Assembly (NCBI GenBank): GCA_001643675.2
Contig: LSRY02000035.1
Location: 248,001 to 312,000 of the forward strand
Source: Monocercomonoides exilis PA203
Taxonomy: Eukaryota > Protista > Preaxostyla
Direction of reading: 5' to 3'
DNA length: 64,000 nucleotides
Shown here: one piece after another, positions 10,883 to 23,970 of the stretch
Position numbering within the stretch: the stretch's first letter is position 1
Layout: each line of letters starts with the position of its first letter
The notes under the pieces: model-generated
The model's database searches: none
Told to the model about the DNA's origin: nothing
What the model saw: the letters and a program-made list of their open reading frames with translations, nothing else
Translations under genes and position numbers: made by a program

Positions 10883-12212
10883 GGGGAAGAAAAATAGAAG
10901 ACATCAGCTTTTCCAAGTCATGTTGGGTGATAGAAAAAACTGAATGTGTTTTGAATGTGAATGCACAGCTAGCTCATCGGATTCGACAAATGAGTCGCTT
11001 CTGCGAAACACTCTCAACAAATATAACAAGCAAACTGCTTTTTCTCTTTCAAGCTCGAGTCAAGCATTGTCATGTTATACAGCATACTAGACAGATGGCA
11101 GAAGGACGAATATCACGTTGAATGCAATCCAAACAAGAATAATCTCAAAACTTCTCGCTCTTTTGAAAAATGTTAAGAAGGCTTCTCTCTCTCTTTCCGT
11201 ATCATTCCTGTTCGCGACTAATCTGTATTTATTCAAAGAACACCTTTAAAGAAAAATAAATGGAATAAAAAAAGTCAAACCATCTTTTTGGCCTTGAAAT
11301 ATTATCCCATCTCCAATGCACTCGAAATAATCAACCCAGCAAATTTTCTTGCTCTCCAAAATCGCCTCTTGCCACATTTAAAAAAACAGACAACTGGACA
11401 ATAAATGGCTGACACAGAACGTCATCGAACGCAGAGAATCCATTGTGAAATTGGCTGTGATATCAGATGAAAATACACATTCTCCAAATTAACAAGAAAT
11501 GCATTCCTTTTCAATGACTCATTTAACGCCAAGTCTTCGCTGATAGCATACCAGTAGGATTTCTGCAAAATGCAAATGAGATTGTTGTTGAGGCATGCTG
11601 AGTGTTTTGCTCAACTCGCTTCCTCCATTGTTCAACCCCTCAATTCTCTTTCCTTTTCCACAAAATAAATCCCGTGCAAAAAATATATTCAAGGTGCACT
11701 GCATTTCTGTGAAATGAACAAGAGGTTCAATTCAATCTTTCTGATATTTTGCTCGCTTTTTCAGCATCTTGCTTGAGTTATTTTTCATTCAAAATATCAC
11801 AGCCGATGTTGCATCATGTAGTTTGCAACATATAACTTGATTCAAACTTCATGCAACTTCCCACACTTATTCACTTTTCGCAAGCAATCGATGCAAACAG
11901 CCACTCTCTCCTCCATCTGCAAGAAAAGTTCCTGTTCTTCTGCAGTACAATAACTCGCATGGTTGCATCCGTGACAGTTCATCCAAAACAGCACAAACAA
12001 AGTTTTAACGCAGCATATCATCAATCAAAAATATTCTCTAAAAAAATAATAGATTGCAAACCCTTATTTATTTTGACAAAAACAAGATAATTTTGTTTCA
12101 TTGATTTGCTTGCTTTGAGGCAAAAATTATTGATGGAAAAAGAGGCTTCGAATCCTATGTTATTTAAAAGATTTTGATTTGGTGTTTTTAATTCTCTTGA
12201 TTCTTTTGTACC

Positions 12213-13669
12213 ATGAATATTTCGAAAATGTATTTATTTCTTGTTTTCATTCATTTTGCGATTTTGCAGTCGCCTTCAATGAAACAAACATTTCTTGGTA
12301 TGCAAAATATTATAAAAAACGATTGCTCGGAGATGAATTGTTTTATTTCCAATTTTAAAGAAAAACTGCTGCAATTGGAAGAAAGCACAGATGCTGAACT
12401 GAAACTGAAAATTGAAGAAATGAATAAAATGATTGATGAAATGGAGGAAGAAGAAATTGAGGATATTTTCAACAAAGAACTGTTTGACAAAATACACGAA
12501 ATGATCGAAGGAGAGAAACTTTCGATGGAAAATACATTGTTGTTGCTGAAGCATGTTGGGTTTAGCAAAACCCTGAGAGACATATATGATCATCATTTTA
12601 GATATTCATCTTTGAGCAAAAGAATTGAAAAGATGATTGTTGATGAAAATACAAAAAAAGATGGAAAGAACGAAAAGCTTCTTGTTGACCTTTGTGAAAG
12701 CTATCTTTTGCTCAGTGGTAAAGCTTCATCAAAATTGTTATTGATTTATGTGCCTTGTCTTCTGAAAGCCGCATTGAAGAAAGAGGAAAACGAAGAGATT
12801 CAAAAAGAGGTGGAAATTGCTTTGCTTGCATTGAGCAACATCAAATATACGGTAGGAGTATTCTATTTTATTTTTGAGGTTTTTTTAAATTTCTTTCTCT
12901 GTTTTATTAGTTCCTGAAACAAGAGCTTTTCCTAGATGAAGTCAAAGAGATCATACTTTATCATCAAGAGTGTAGCAATATGACACAGCTTGCATATCAA
13001 TCGGCTTGGCAGTTTTTGATTTACCGACTTTGGGCTGACAATAGCTTGGAAGAAGTTATTGTAAATGAGCTACATTTTCTGAGAGAGGCAACAAGAGAAC
13101 CGGAAAAGCTGATGAGATGCATTGATTGGAAGAGAAAAGAAGGAGGAGAAAAAGAAGAGAAAGGAGTGATTATCATAAGGAGATGGATCTCTTTAATTGG
13201 TTATTTCTTTATCTCATACCAATTGCGGGCTGATGGATTTGTTGGGCTTATCAGATGCGTTGTTCAGGTATTTCGAGCAGCGTAAGACAATTATCGAGAT
13301 ATAAGTAAACAGTGCATTTATTCGTTACTAGAAGAAGCGGAAAAGAAAGAATTGAATGTGGATATCTTGTTGAAGGAAGGTGTCATTGATGTATTTTTGG
13401 AGGAAATGAAGAAATCAGCTTTGCAAAAAGTTATGCCGGAGAATTGCTTGCATTTCTTTTTGGTTATTTCAGAAAGGGTGAAAGAAAAGACTTATAGCGA
13501 AGCTGACGAAGCGAAAAGAAAGGAAACGAAAATGAAGATATTTGAAAAGATGGAAGAAGAAGGATGCGAAGATATCATTACAAGCTTTTGTGAAATATTA
13601 GATTTTCTAAAAGGAAAATACAACCGTCAATTATCTTTGGATATTTCTGATTATTCTGTAAATGTTTGA
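12213..13669 (+). pseudogene. Lineage-specific helical family (LTQLAYQSAW/EEEGYED), copy 1, premature stop
   Basis: Introns 12298-12360 and 12852-12910; TAA at 13283-13285 where paralogues read RAAKDN, and the frame continues to 13669. Start codon uncertain. Confidence 0.8.
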
Positions 13670-13734
13670 GGAAATGCATTTTATTTTGTAAATCGAAATT
13701 TTCTATTTCACTTTTTGTTTCATTTCACAAAATC

Positions 13735-14696
13735 GAAAGCAATTGAGTTACGTCTGATAATCATTCCTTTTCTTATGAATGTTGTATTGAGGGAAATAAA
13801 AAGCAAAGAAGCGCAAAGAGAAATCGAAATAATTCTGACTGCTTTGAGCACAATGGAAGAGAAACAGGTGTGAAAGCTTTTATTTACGTGTTGATAAAAA
13901 TTAGCATTTTGTTTTGTATTTCAATCATTGACAGAATGCAATAACAGATCTGTGTGTGAATGAGATGGTGGAAGTGATCAAATATCATCAACAGCATTGA
14001 AATCTGACTCAACTGGCGCACCAATCAGCTTGGATTTATCTGGTTAATCATTTTGAACCAGGCGGGATATTGGAAAGAACTTGCATGAATGAGCTGCATA
14101 TTGCGAGAGAAGTTGCAATGGAACTGGAAGAGCTGACCAAATGTGTGGACTGGAAGAAAAAAAAAGCAAAATGGGAAGTGCAGAAGGAAGCGTGGATGAT
14201 AAAGAGATGGATAAATACAGTCAATGACAAATTTGTGTTTTTGGACTTCGAATTGCGGAATGATGAAAGCATCGAACTTTATCGCTGGATTTCGAGAATT
14301 TGCAAATTGGCAGGAAAGAATGAAAGAGAAATATCAAAAGATTGCATCAAACTTTTTGAATTGAAAACATCAGGCTCAAATGCGAGCATTGATTTCTTGC
14401 TGAAAAGCGAAATAGTTGAGGCAGTTTTTGAGACACTTCTGCTGTCAACATTGGATGAAGAAGAGGCAGAAAGCTGTTTGCATTTCTTTGTGACTCTTTC
14501 AGATGGATTGAGAGAGAAAAGCGATTATGAGACAGTCGAAGCGAAAAGAAAAGCTATTAAAAGAAAAGCATTTGACATATTGGAAGAACGAGGATTCGAA
14601 GAATGCATTACGAGCTTTGAAGAAAACTTGTATAATACCAGAATCCATTGGAACATTATGTCTGGGGAAGCATCAAGATTTTTTGTGTTTTTGTAA
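13735..14696 (+). pseudogene. Same family, copy 2, 5'-truncated
   Basis: Begins mid-protein (EAQREIEIILTALS), intron 13868-13934, TGA at 13998-14000 in HQQH*NLTQLAHQSAW, ends LEERGFEE. Confidence 0.8.
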
Positions 14697-15156
14697 GCGA
14701 AATGACATTTTCTGTTTTGTGTTTTGAAATGCTTTGTTATTTTTCAGAACTGTTGAGAACAAAGTATATTGAATTTTGTTTTGTTGTTAGCAAAAGTTCT
14801 CTTCTTGTTGAGAGAGAGAGAAAAGAATTTGTTTTTGTTTTTTTAATTAATTTTCCCTTCCCAATTGAATAATTCATTTGCTTCTTGTTGAAGCCATTTC
14901 ACTTCACCAAATTGTTGTGGGCTCTATGCAAAATCTTTTGTTGAGGAGTTTTGAATTTTCTTCAAACACTTGAAGCCTTAAAATGGCCATATTTGTGAAC
15001 CAAGACAAAAAACTTTCTTTTTGAAAACAATAATTCATCGATAAAGAGGAATTTTCAATGAAAATTTGCTCACAACTGAAAGAGAAACTTGTGAAAATAT
15101 GAAATGTTAAAAAATAAGAAAGAATGCGGATGAAAAATGAAGAGCTTTTCATTTGA

Positions 15157-16599
15157 TTAAACATTCACAAAATAATCAGAAATACACAGCGACAACACAC
15201 CAAAACGGTCTCTGTTAAGAAAACCAAATCTTTCATGAAAGCAAATGATGATATCTTCATATCCTTCTTCTTCCAACTTTTCAAATGCATTCCTTTTTGT
15301 TACCTTTCTTTTCGCTTCTTCCTTTTCATCCTCCTCCTCTTCTTTCAATTTCTCTGAAACATTCATTAAGAACAGCAAGCTTTCAGATATTATTTCGTCA
15401 TTCAATGTTGGTCGACAAATCTCTTCGAAGATGAGACTAACAGCTCCTCTTTTCAGAAAGTCTTCAACTTTCACATTTCTGTTATTCACAGAATAACTAA
15501 ATGATTCAACGCATTGGCTGACAATGTCTCTGTAATTATCCTTTGCTGCTCGAAATGCCTGCACAATGCTTTCGACAAGCACAGAATACTCTTCATTCCG
15601 CAATCGACAGTAGAAAAGGAATTTCCCCAAAGTTTGGAGCCATTTCGATATTATTATCTCTTCTTTGCCTTCTTTTCCTCTCTCTTCTTTCTCTCTCTTC
15701 CAATCCACATATTTCATCAGCTCTTCCATTTCTCTTCTCGCCTCTCTCACAAAATGCAGATCATTCACGATGACTTCTTCCAAATTTGCATTGTTAAACA
15801 ATCTGTTAGTCAAAAAACCCCAAGCAGACTGATAGGCAAGTTGAGTCAGATTCCGATGATCTTGATGATAAATGATGATCTCTTTGATTTCTTTCAGATA
15901 CAGTTCATTATGCAATATCTTATCAGAAAAAAAGAAAAACAACAACATCAAAAATGAAACAGAAATGTTCATACATAATACTCAATATCACTCAAAGCCA
16001 ACAAAGCCATTTCCACTTCTTTTTGAACTTCCTCGCTTTCCTCTTTCTTCAATGCAACTTTTAGAAGACACTGCATACAGATTGTGAGCAATTCCGTCCA
16101 GCAGTTGTTTCTGAGTGAAAGATAGCATAAACAAAGATCAGCATAAAGCATTTCGTTCTTTCCATCTTTTTTTTCATTTTCGTCAGAAATCATCTTTTCA
16201 AATCCTTTGCGCAAATAAGATAAGGGAAAGCCTTGAAAACACCCTTTCTTCATCAAACAACAATATCCAATGCGCTTCAGCAGCCCAATGACATTTTCAA
16301 CAGACAATTTCTTTTCTTCAATCATTTGATGAATGTTATCGAACAGTTCTTCTGTGAAAACGGTTTCAAATTCATCTTTATTCATTCCATCAATTATTTC
16401 ATTCATTTCTTCAATTTTCTGTTTTTGTTCATCCTCATTGCAATTTTCCAGCTCATGGAGCAATTCTGCAAAAGGTATTCAAATATTAATATCCATCCTT
16501 CATTATTCTATCCAAATAAAAGAGCTAACTTGAAAACTTCTCGGTTTGAATCACTGCCAGGATTCTTGTATCAGGTTCATCATCATTAAGCAAGCCCAT
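15157..16599 (-). CDS. Same family, copy 3, apparently intact (3 exons)
   Basis: Exons 16599-16530, 16465-15975 and 15918-15157 join in frame through GT-AG introns; all family motifs present. Confidence 0.85.
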
Positions 16600-18631
16600 T
16601 CTGTTTGTTGCAAAGAACATTTAAAATGAAGGGTAAAGCTTGGCAAGCAAGAATATCAAAGAAAAATACAAACATCGTTGAAAATCAAGCAAAATAAAAG
16701 AGATAGGAGTTTCGGCGCAAGTGCTTTTGCCTTACAAAATGGAATGCAAAAGAGAGCACAAGGAAATATCTTGGATTGGCTGTTTAATGCAAGAAAAGAG
16801 AATCTTTTGATTCGATTTGATCAAACCAACAAAAAATGGTTTGATTTCTGTTTTATGAAAATGAAGTGAGGAGCTCTTCTTTCCTGAAGTCATTGCTTCG
16901 AGACTTTGAAACAAAATTTATTTTTTTATTGGAATGGAAATCTTGCTGAAGAGAATTCGAAAAGAGGAAAAATCAATTCTTGAAGAGAAAGTGTTTTGTG
17001 GCTTTTTTTGGGAAGAAGAACATGAATGAAAAAGTGGACACGTGGTTACTAACCTTCTTATCATTTTTCATGAATTGCTAAATGTTAGCATCTGTTTCAA
17101 AATGACTCACAGGATTGCCAAAGACTCAAAGAAATGAGTTTCTGAAAAACAAAATGAATTTGCAGAACAAAATAATATTCCATTCTTTGCAATTGTGCAT
17201 GAGCAAAAACAAGCAGAAAGGATGAATATTGCAGCAAAGTTGTTTCATTGCAAAAATGATTCATTGGATTTGAAATGGATTATTTGAAGAAAAGCAATGA
17301 TGATCATCTCCAACAGAAAGATGATCCCCAGATTTTGTCGTGCTCCAACATAAAAAGAAATTTGCTTGTTTCTTTGTGAGCCATCGAATACTCAACATTC
17401 CTTTGTCTTCTGCACCTTCATCTGCATCTGCATCTGCGCCTTCATCTTCATCTTCAGCTTCATCTGCATCTTCAGCTTCATCTTCAGCTTCATCTTCATC
17501 TTCGCTAAGCGAGTTTCCATAATGACTTCTCCTTCAACGGTCGATGCATTCTACAAAGAACACAATTTTCACAGAAGTTGGAGCAGATCTCATATTGAAT
17601 TGATTCAGCTTTCTCTGCCAGACACGAAAACAGAATGAATTTCCTCTGCTATCTTTCCAGTTCTTTATTTGTTTTCCACCCCTTCTGTGAATGTTGCATG
17701 TCCAATCTGGTTATTATCATTGTAATTATCATTATTATCAACGCAATCTTCGTCTTCATCTTGTCCCAATTAATCATCATCACATCGCACAATCACCACC
17801 AACACAGCATCACTCGCATCATCTATTTGGAGTTCTTCATGTTTTGTGCCTGCATCAGAGATTACGATTGAAGAGAAGAGAAGAAAAAAAGATGATAAAA
17901 ATATTTGAAGAAAATCGACACAAAAATGAATGAAACGAAGAAGAACTAAAGAAGGGAAATCAGGAGGAATATGTTGGAAAGAGTTGAAGAAATGCATTTT
18001 GAGAGAATGAAGAGAAAAAGAAAGAGAAAGAAGAATTCGAGGAGGTGGAATCAGAAAGCCTGTCACTCCCTTCATTCTGATGGGAAGGAAGTTGAATTAT
18101 TGCGTTTGTTTTTTCCTTGTAAGTCGCGCCGTTTCTGTTGGTAACTGAAAGATCAGATAATGGTTTGCATGTTTCCTTCATTCATTTCATAAAAACATTC
18201 ATCTTCTCCATCTTCCGAATGTTATTTCCTGTCAGCTGAAGCAAAGTGACTTTTGATGCCAAGGATGTTCGGCATGACAGCATATGAATGTGAGGGCATC
18301 TCTTCATGAAACGACTTTGAAAAAGTGTTGAATTATGTTGCTTCACTTCTTTCGAAGGGATTTGCAAACAATCTTTGCATAAACGATTTCTTGATAAATA
18401 ATGTCATTTTCGTGGATGAAGCGCACAGCATTGATCTTCCGCATTTTGAGTGAATATTTCCTTTCCTTCTTTCACACGAACTCTCTCATGCTTTTTTTAC
18501 TTTAATTCCATTTTGACTATTTCATTTTTATTTTTTTTCGTTTTCAAAACCTCAAATAATTCGTTCAGCTTTTTCGAATAGTTTTCAAATGAGAATGAAA
18601 AATTTATAAATAAATAAATAAATAAATAAAA

Positions 18632-20014
18632 GGCAAATGTCACCTTTGGTGGACATATTTTTTTTGAATGAAGTGCATTGTTAATTAATAAAAAGTGTTA
18701 ATATGTGATATTTAATGTAAATTGAAGTGCTGAAATGTGTTTATAAATAAAAAAAAAAAGGAATTTTTTTTGAATTTATGGGATGTGATCATTATTTCTT
18801 CTATTTGATCGAAACTTCAAATGAATCGAAAAGAAGTTCATAAGCTATTTAAGACATTTCCGAACGAAAATAAAGCTTGGCAATGGATGTTTGGAACCTT
18901 ACTGAAAGGAAAAGTCCCTAGATGCAGTAGACACAGAATTCCAATGAATTTAATCAGAGAGAATACAGGGAAGAAGTGTTGGAGATGCAAAAAATGTGGG
19001 GTGAAACGTTCATTATTTCATGGAAGTCAGTTTAACAAAATGCACATCAGAATTGGAAAAGCGCTGATGATTAATCTCTTTTTTTGGATTGGTATGACCA
19101 TCAAACATGGAAGTCTTCTACTCAATATTCACAGGCACTCAGTCGGTTTCTGGAACAGTGCATGCAGATATGCTTGTACACAATTCCTAATAAACAAGAC
19201 AATGCAACTTGGAGGCGAAGGAAAGACAGTAGAAATTGATGAATGCTTATTACGTCGAAGAAAATATCGAAGAAGAAGGAACAAGATGTTACAATGGATT
19301 TTTGGAGCAATTGAAAGAAGAGAGTGTCAGCAAGTTGGGGAAAAATGTTATGGATCGTCAAAGATCGTTCTAGAAACTCTTTGTTACCAATTATAAAACA
19401 GCACATATTGCCTGGAACTACTGCAATGAGTGATTCTTGGAGAGCATATGCAACATTGGCAAAAAAAGGCTATGTTCAGAAAATTGTTGTTCACGATCGA
19501 CACCATGTCGATCCTGCAACTGGAACATGCACAAACACTGTCGAAGGGATGTGGCATCATTTCAGAGAGTTTCAACCGGTTTCTTGAATGAGAGATGCGT
19601 TTATTCAAGACCATATATCTTTATTCATTGTCAAAAACTGCTTCAATTTGACCTTTTCTGAATTTGTTGAGTTAGTGTACAAAAAACGTGAAGAAATTGA
19701 TGAAGACGATGATAACGAAGAAAATAACGAGGAACGAAATTTGCCAGATATTGATTACATAATTGAGAACAACTCTGATATTTACTCTCTTTCAAGTTTT
19801 GATGAATTTGGAGCAGGTGATTGTGCATCAGCTTCAGAATACACAGAATAAATTTTCTTTTAGATTATTTGTTTAAAAAAGTTATTTTTGTTTTTTTGAT
19901 TTCAATAACTTTCCGCACACATTTAACAAGTTTTAATAACATATTAATAACTTATTTTTAACGATCATTAATAATATGCTAAAAATAACAGGTCCTCCAA
20001 AGGTGACATCTACC
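18632..20014 (+). mobile_element. Merlin (IS1595/ISXO2-like) transposon, second family, 1383 bp
   Basis: TIRs GGCAAATGTCACCTTTGGTGGAC / GGTAGATGTCACCTTTGGAGGAC (20/23); no clear TSD. Confidence 0.88.
18821..19851 (+). pseudogene. ISXO2-domain (Merlin) transposase with two frameshifts
   Basis: CSRH..CKKC Zn ribbon, LGGEGKTVEIDE, WIFGAIER, ILPGTTAMSDSWRAY, VDPATGTCTNTVEGMW, acidic tail; frameshifts near 19340 and 19575. Confidence 0.92.
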
Positions 20015-20257
20015 GTTTTTATTTTCCTTAAATGTTATACGATGTTGGTTAGATCAAAAAGAAACAAAAGGAGAGCTTTTCAACTCAGATACAGCCAAGA
20101 CCGTGTGTTTTGATGTTGCACATATTGAACGTTTGTTTTTGAAAAGTGTAATAATTAATATTGAAAGGATAGCATTTTCATTTTGCAAGAAAAACAATGA
20201 AGTTTGTGATTATCTGTTATCTCATTGTTTGAATTGCTGTTGAATTTCGTATGCTGA

Positions 20258-21711
20258 ATGAATTGCAAACAGAACGAGCATTTTTGAAAGCATTATCGAA
20301 AGAACATCACCAGTTGAAAGGTTTTGGAGTTTGCAGTTTTCTTTTTTATTGAAAAGGCACAATTTACTATGATTAACGCGCCTTTTGAAGATTTGTTTGG
20401 GGAGCTTGGAGGTTGCAAAGAGGATGAACAGAAACGGAAAATAAAAGCGATTAACAGAGTGATGGATGAAATGAATGAAGGCGAACTGGAATCGATTTTC
20501 GAAACTGATTTGTTCAATAAAATAGATAAAATGATTGAAGAAAAGAAAATGTCTTTGAAAGATTCGGCTTTGATGCTGAAGCACATTGGATATTGCAAAA
20601 TCCCGATGAACCTATGGAATAGAGCATTTGTTTCATCTTCATTGGACAGAAGATTTAAGGAGATGATTTTTGAGGAAGAAAAAAAGAAAAAAGAAAAAAA
20701 TGAAAAGCATTTGATTGATCTTTGCGAATGCTATATTTTTCTTTGCTGTCATGGTCCATCACAATTGTCTTCAATTTGCTTGCCACATATTCTGAAAGCT
20801 GCTTTGAACAAGGAAGAAAACGAAGAAGCACAGAAAGAAGTGGAAATGGCTTTGCTGGCTTTGGCTTGCATGTGCTTCTTTGTTTGTTGCATTTCTTTCT
20901 TTCCTTTTGATGTCTTTGTTTCTTTCTTGCTTTTAATCAGGGAATAAAAAATGAGGTGTATTTGAAAGGGATCAAAGAAATCATCCAACATCATCAGGAA
21001 CATCGAAACCTGACTCAACTTGCATATCAATCAGCTTGGGAGTGTTTGGCGGGCAGAGTGCATACCATAGGAACGTCGAATAGGGCAGTTGTTGATGAAC
21101 TGCATTTTGTGAGAGAAGCAGCAAGAGAGTTGGAAGAGCTGAGAAAGCGTGTGAATTGGAAGGGAAACAAAAAAGAAGGGGAAGAAAGAAGCAAAAAGAA
21201 AGAAGAGACTGCTTTGATGAGATGGATTCAAACAATAAAATGCTATTTTTTCACATTTGAGTCGTTGAATGACGAACTTGTTGGACTTGTCAGAAGTATT
21301 GTTCAAGTGCTTCGAGCAGCAAAGAATGAATGCAGAGAAATAAGTGTGGAATGCAACATATCTTTAAGAAGAGCAGCGTGGAACAAAGCAGTGAAAGTCG
21401 ACGACTTGCTGAAAGGAGGAGCTGTTGATGTGCTTTTGGAGGAAATCCAGCTTCCAAACTTGGAAGACACCTTTTTGAGAGAGCGGCTTTCCTGTTTCAG
21501 AGGAATTTACCAAAAGTTGAAGGAAAGAAAAGATGATAAAACTGATGAAGAGGAAATAAAATCAGCCAAAAGGAACATATTTGTAAAGATGGAAGAGGAG
21601 GGATATGAAGATTTCATTACAAGCCTTCATAAAATGTTGCCTGTTTTGGCAAATTGGGATCGATATTTGCATCTGTCAAAAAACTCATCTGACTATCTTT
21701 TGAGTTTGTGA
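20258..21711 (+). CDS. Same helical family, copy 4 (possible 1-nt lesion in exon 1)
   Basis: Introns at about 20329-20390 and 20882-20940; motifs QKEVEMALLAL, HRNLTQLAYQSAW, KMEEEGYED. The T5 run at 20281-20285 puts the nearest family-like ATG out of frame. Confidence 0.75.
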
Positions 21712-23970
21712 CTTGAATGCTCAATTCATTTCCGTTCATTTCATCTCATCTCAAAAAGGAAGAAAATAAGAGGAGGAGGAAGAGGAAGAAGAAAGGCAAA
21801 AAAAGGAATGGAATTTGATGAAAACAGAGATACAGAATAGTCTGATGGCAGAAAACGAATAAACGAAAAAATCGATGAAAAAAGAAGAGAAAAGAAATGA
21901 TTATATTCTGAAATGATTTCTTTGACTTGATGCGAAACGTATTCAACATGAAATGTGAAATTTTCATTCGTTTCAATTTATCACTTCTCCATCGTCTTCT
22001 TCTTTGGCTTCTTTATTTCATTAGACAGCACTCTCATCCCACTCACACATTCACATATAATCTATGTTCATTTTTTTGCAAATACTGTATGCCTTTAATT
22101 CTCCCTCTTCTCCCTCTTCCACTTTTCTTTTGTTAACACTCACTTCGTTTCAGTTGTTGCTCTTTCTGTGAGTTGTTTGTGTAATACTCTTTTCAATTCT
22201 TCTTCTTTTTCTGTTTTTTTGTGTGCATTTGAAAACAGAAATGCAGGAGTATGAAGAGGGAAAAGGCGGAAGGCTTTTACATTGAACATATCAACCATTT
22301 GCATCAATGTTGTGAATTCGTTTCCTTCATCTTTTCAATTCATTCTCAGCAAGCCAAAATGAAAGGTTTTAAATTTGAAGGAATGCATTGCATTTGTATT
22401 GGGATGTGAAAAAAAGGGGGGTTTGGAAGAATGAATTTTGAAGAATGAGCCCATGAGCAATTTGCAAAGCAAGTGAAAATGAAGAAAAATGGAGAGGAAA
22501 AGAACAATTTTGAACAGAGATTCAGGGAGATCAGTCAAGGAAAGAGAATAACAATGAAAAATGATTGATAAAAAAAGAAATATTTTTCAATGTGATAGCA
22601 AAGCAGATGAAGAGGAAAATACAATTGGAGTAGAACTTTTAGATGATATTGTGAGAAAAGAATGTGAGAGAGACATCTTCTCTTTCTCCACAAATAGGAA
22701 AATGCAGATTAAAACAGAAAAAGGAAGAGAAAGGAAGAGAAAGAGATGGAATTTGATTAAGATATTGAAGAATTGCATTTTGAGATGAAATGGATGAAAC
22801 AAGTGCTCTCGTGAAAAAATAAAGATGAAACAAAAGGAATGAAGAGAAAGGCGAAGAATGATGACAATAAAAAAGAAGAAAAGAATTTGGAGAAGAGAAT
22901 ATTCATTTCTGATTGAAAGATAAGAAGAAAAATGAGAAGATGATGACGAGAAATCAGACAATATTTTTTTGTTCTATCTCTCTTTCATTCCGAATTGTTG
23001 AATTAACTTATCACTTCTCCAAACTTGCTGATGTGTTTTTCTCATTCAATGAAGATGATTGAATTCAGAGACGAATTTTCTTTTTTGTTTCGATCAGCTT
23101 CACCCTTTCTCATCTCTTTTATCTCTTTCTTTCCTCTGAATTTGGAGCACCGAGATTGAAAAAATATTTTTGACACAATTTTAAAAATGAAAAAGAAACA
23201 GCGGAATCAACCGAGCTGAAATTCATCTTTTCTATCGGTAATATTTTCTCAGAGCCTTGATCCTCCAACAAATGCATTCACTTGATGCATTTCAATGTGA
23301 ACTGAAATTAAATTAGAAGAAGATGATGAAGCACAACCATAAAAAAGCACTAGTCCTGTAAACTCTCAATGTTTTTTTTCTCTCACTATATTCACGCTGG
23401 CTTTCCAATATTCTATTAACTTTATCTTTTTTGTTGATCTGCAATTCACTTCGATGATTATCTATTATTTTGTTCTGCTCATTGAGTTTGTTCAAATTTA
23501 GCGGAAATGAAAAAAATAAAATGTGTCGAGATTCAAGAATTGCAGAAAATCGTTTTTTGTGCAATCATTTCTCATGAAAGAGAGATATGCTTTCAATTTG
23601 AGAAAACAAGACAGCTTTCTTTCAAAAACAATCAGATTCCAATTTTGCGTTTGAAATTGAAACCATTCTTTTATGCAAAGAAATATCAAAAAAAAAAAAA
23701 GATAAGAAACATTTCTCAAAAATTCCAATCCATTTTTTTCTATTGGTTTGATCAAATTGAATCAAAAGAGTTGCTTTTCTGGACTTAAACAGCCAATCAA
23801 AATTATTTGATTGTGCCCCCTATTACATTCCATTTAATAAAGCAAAAGCACTTTGCGTAGATACAGTATTCTTAACCTTTAGAAAAATAACGAATGATGT
23901 TTGCATTTGTGGATTATTCTGTGAATTTTGATGATTCACTCATATAAATTGTGTTATTATGATTTTCAGA

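Noticed and set aside
21730-22960. Purine-rich stretches (also 37700-38030) as genes or retroelement pieces
   Set aside because: Multiple stops and only a weak KGGLE-like word; not enough to assign.
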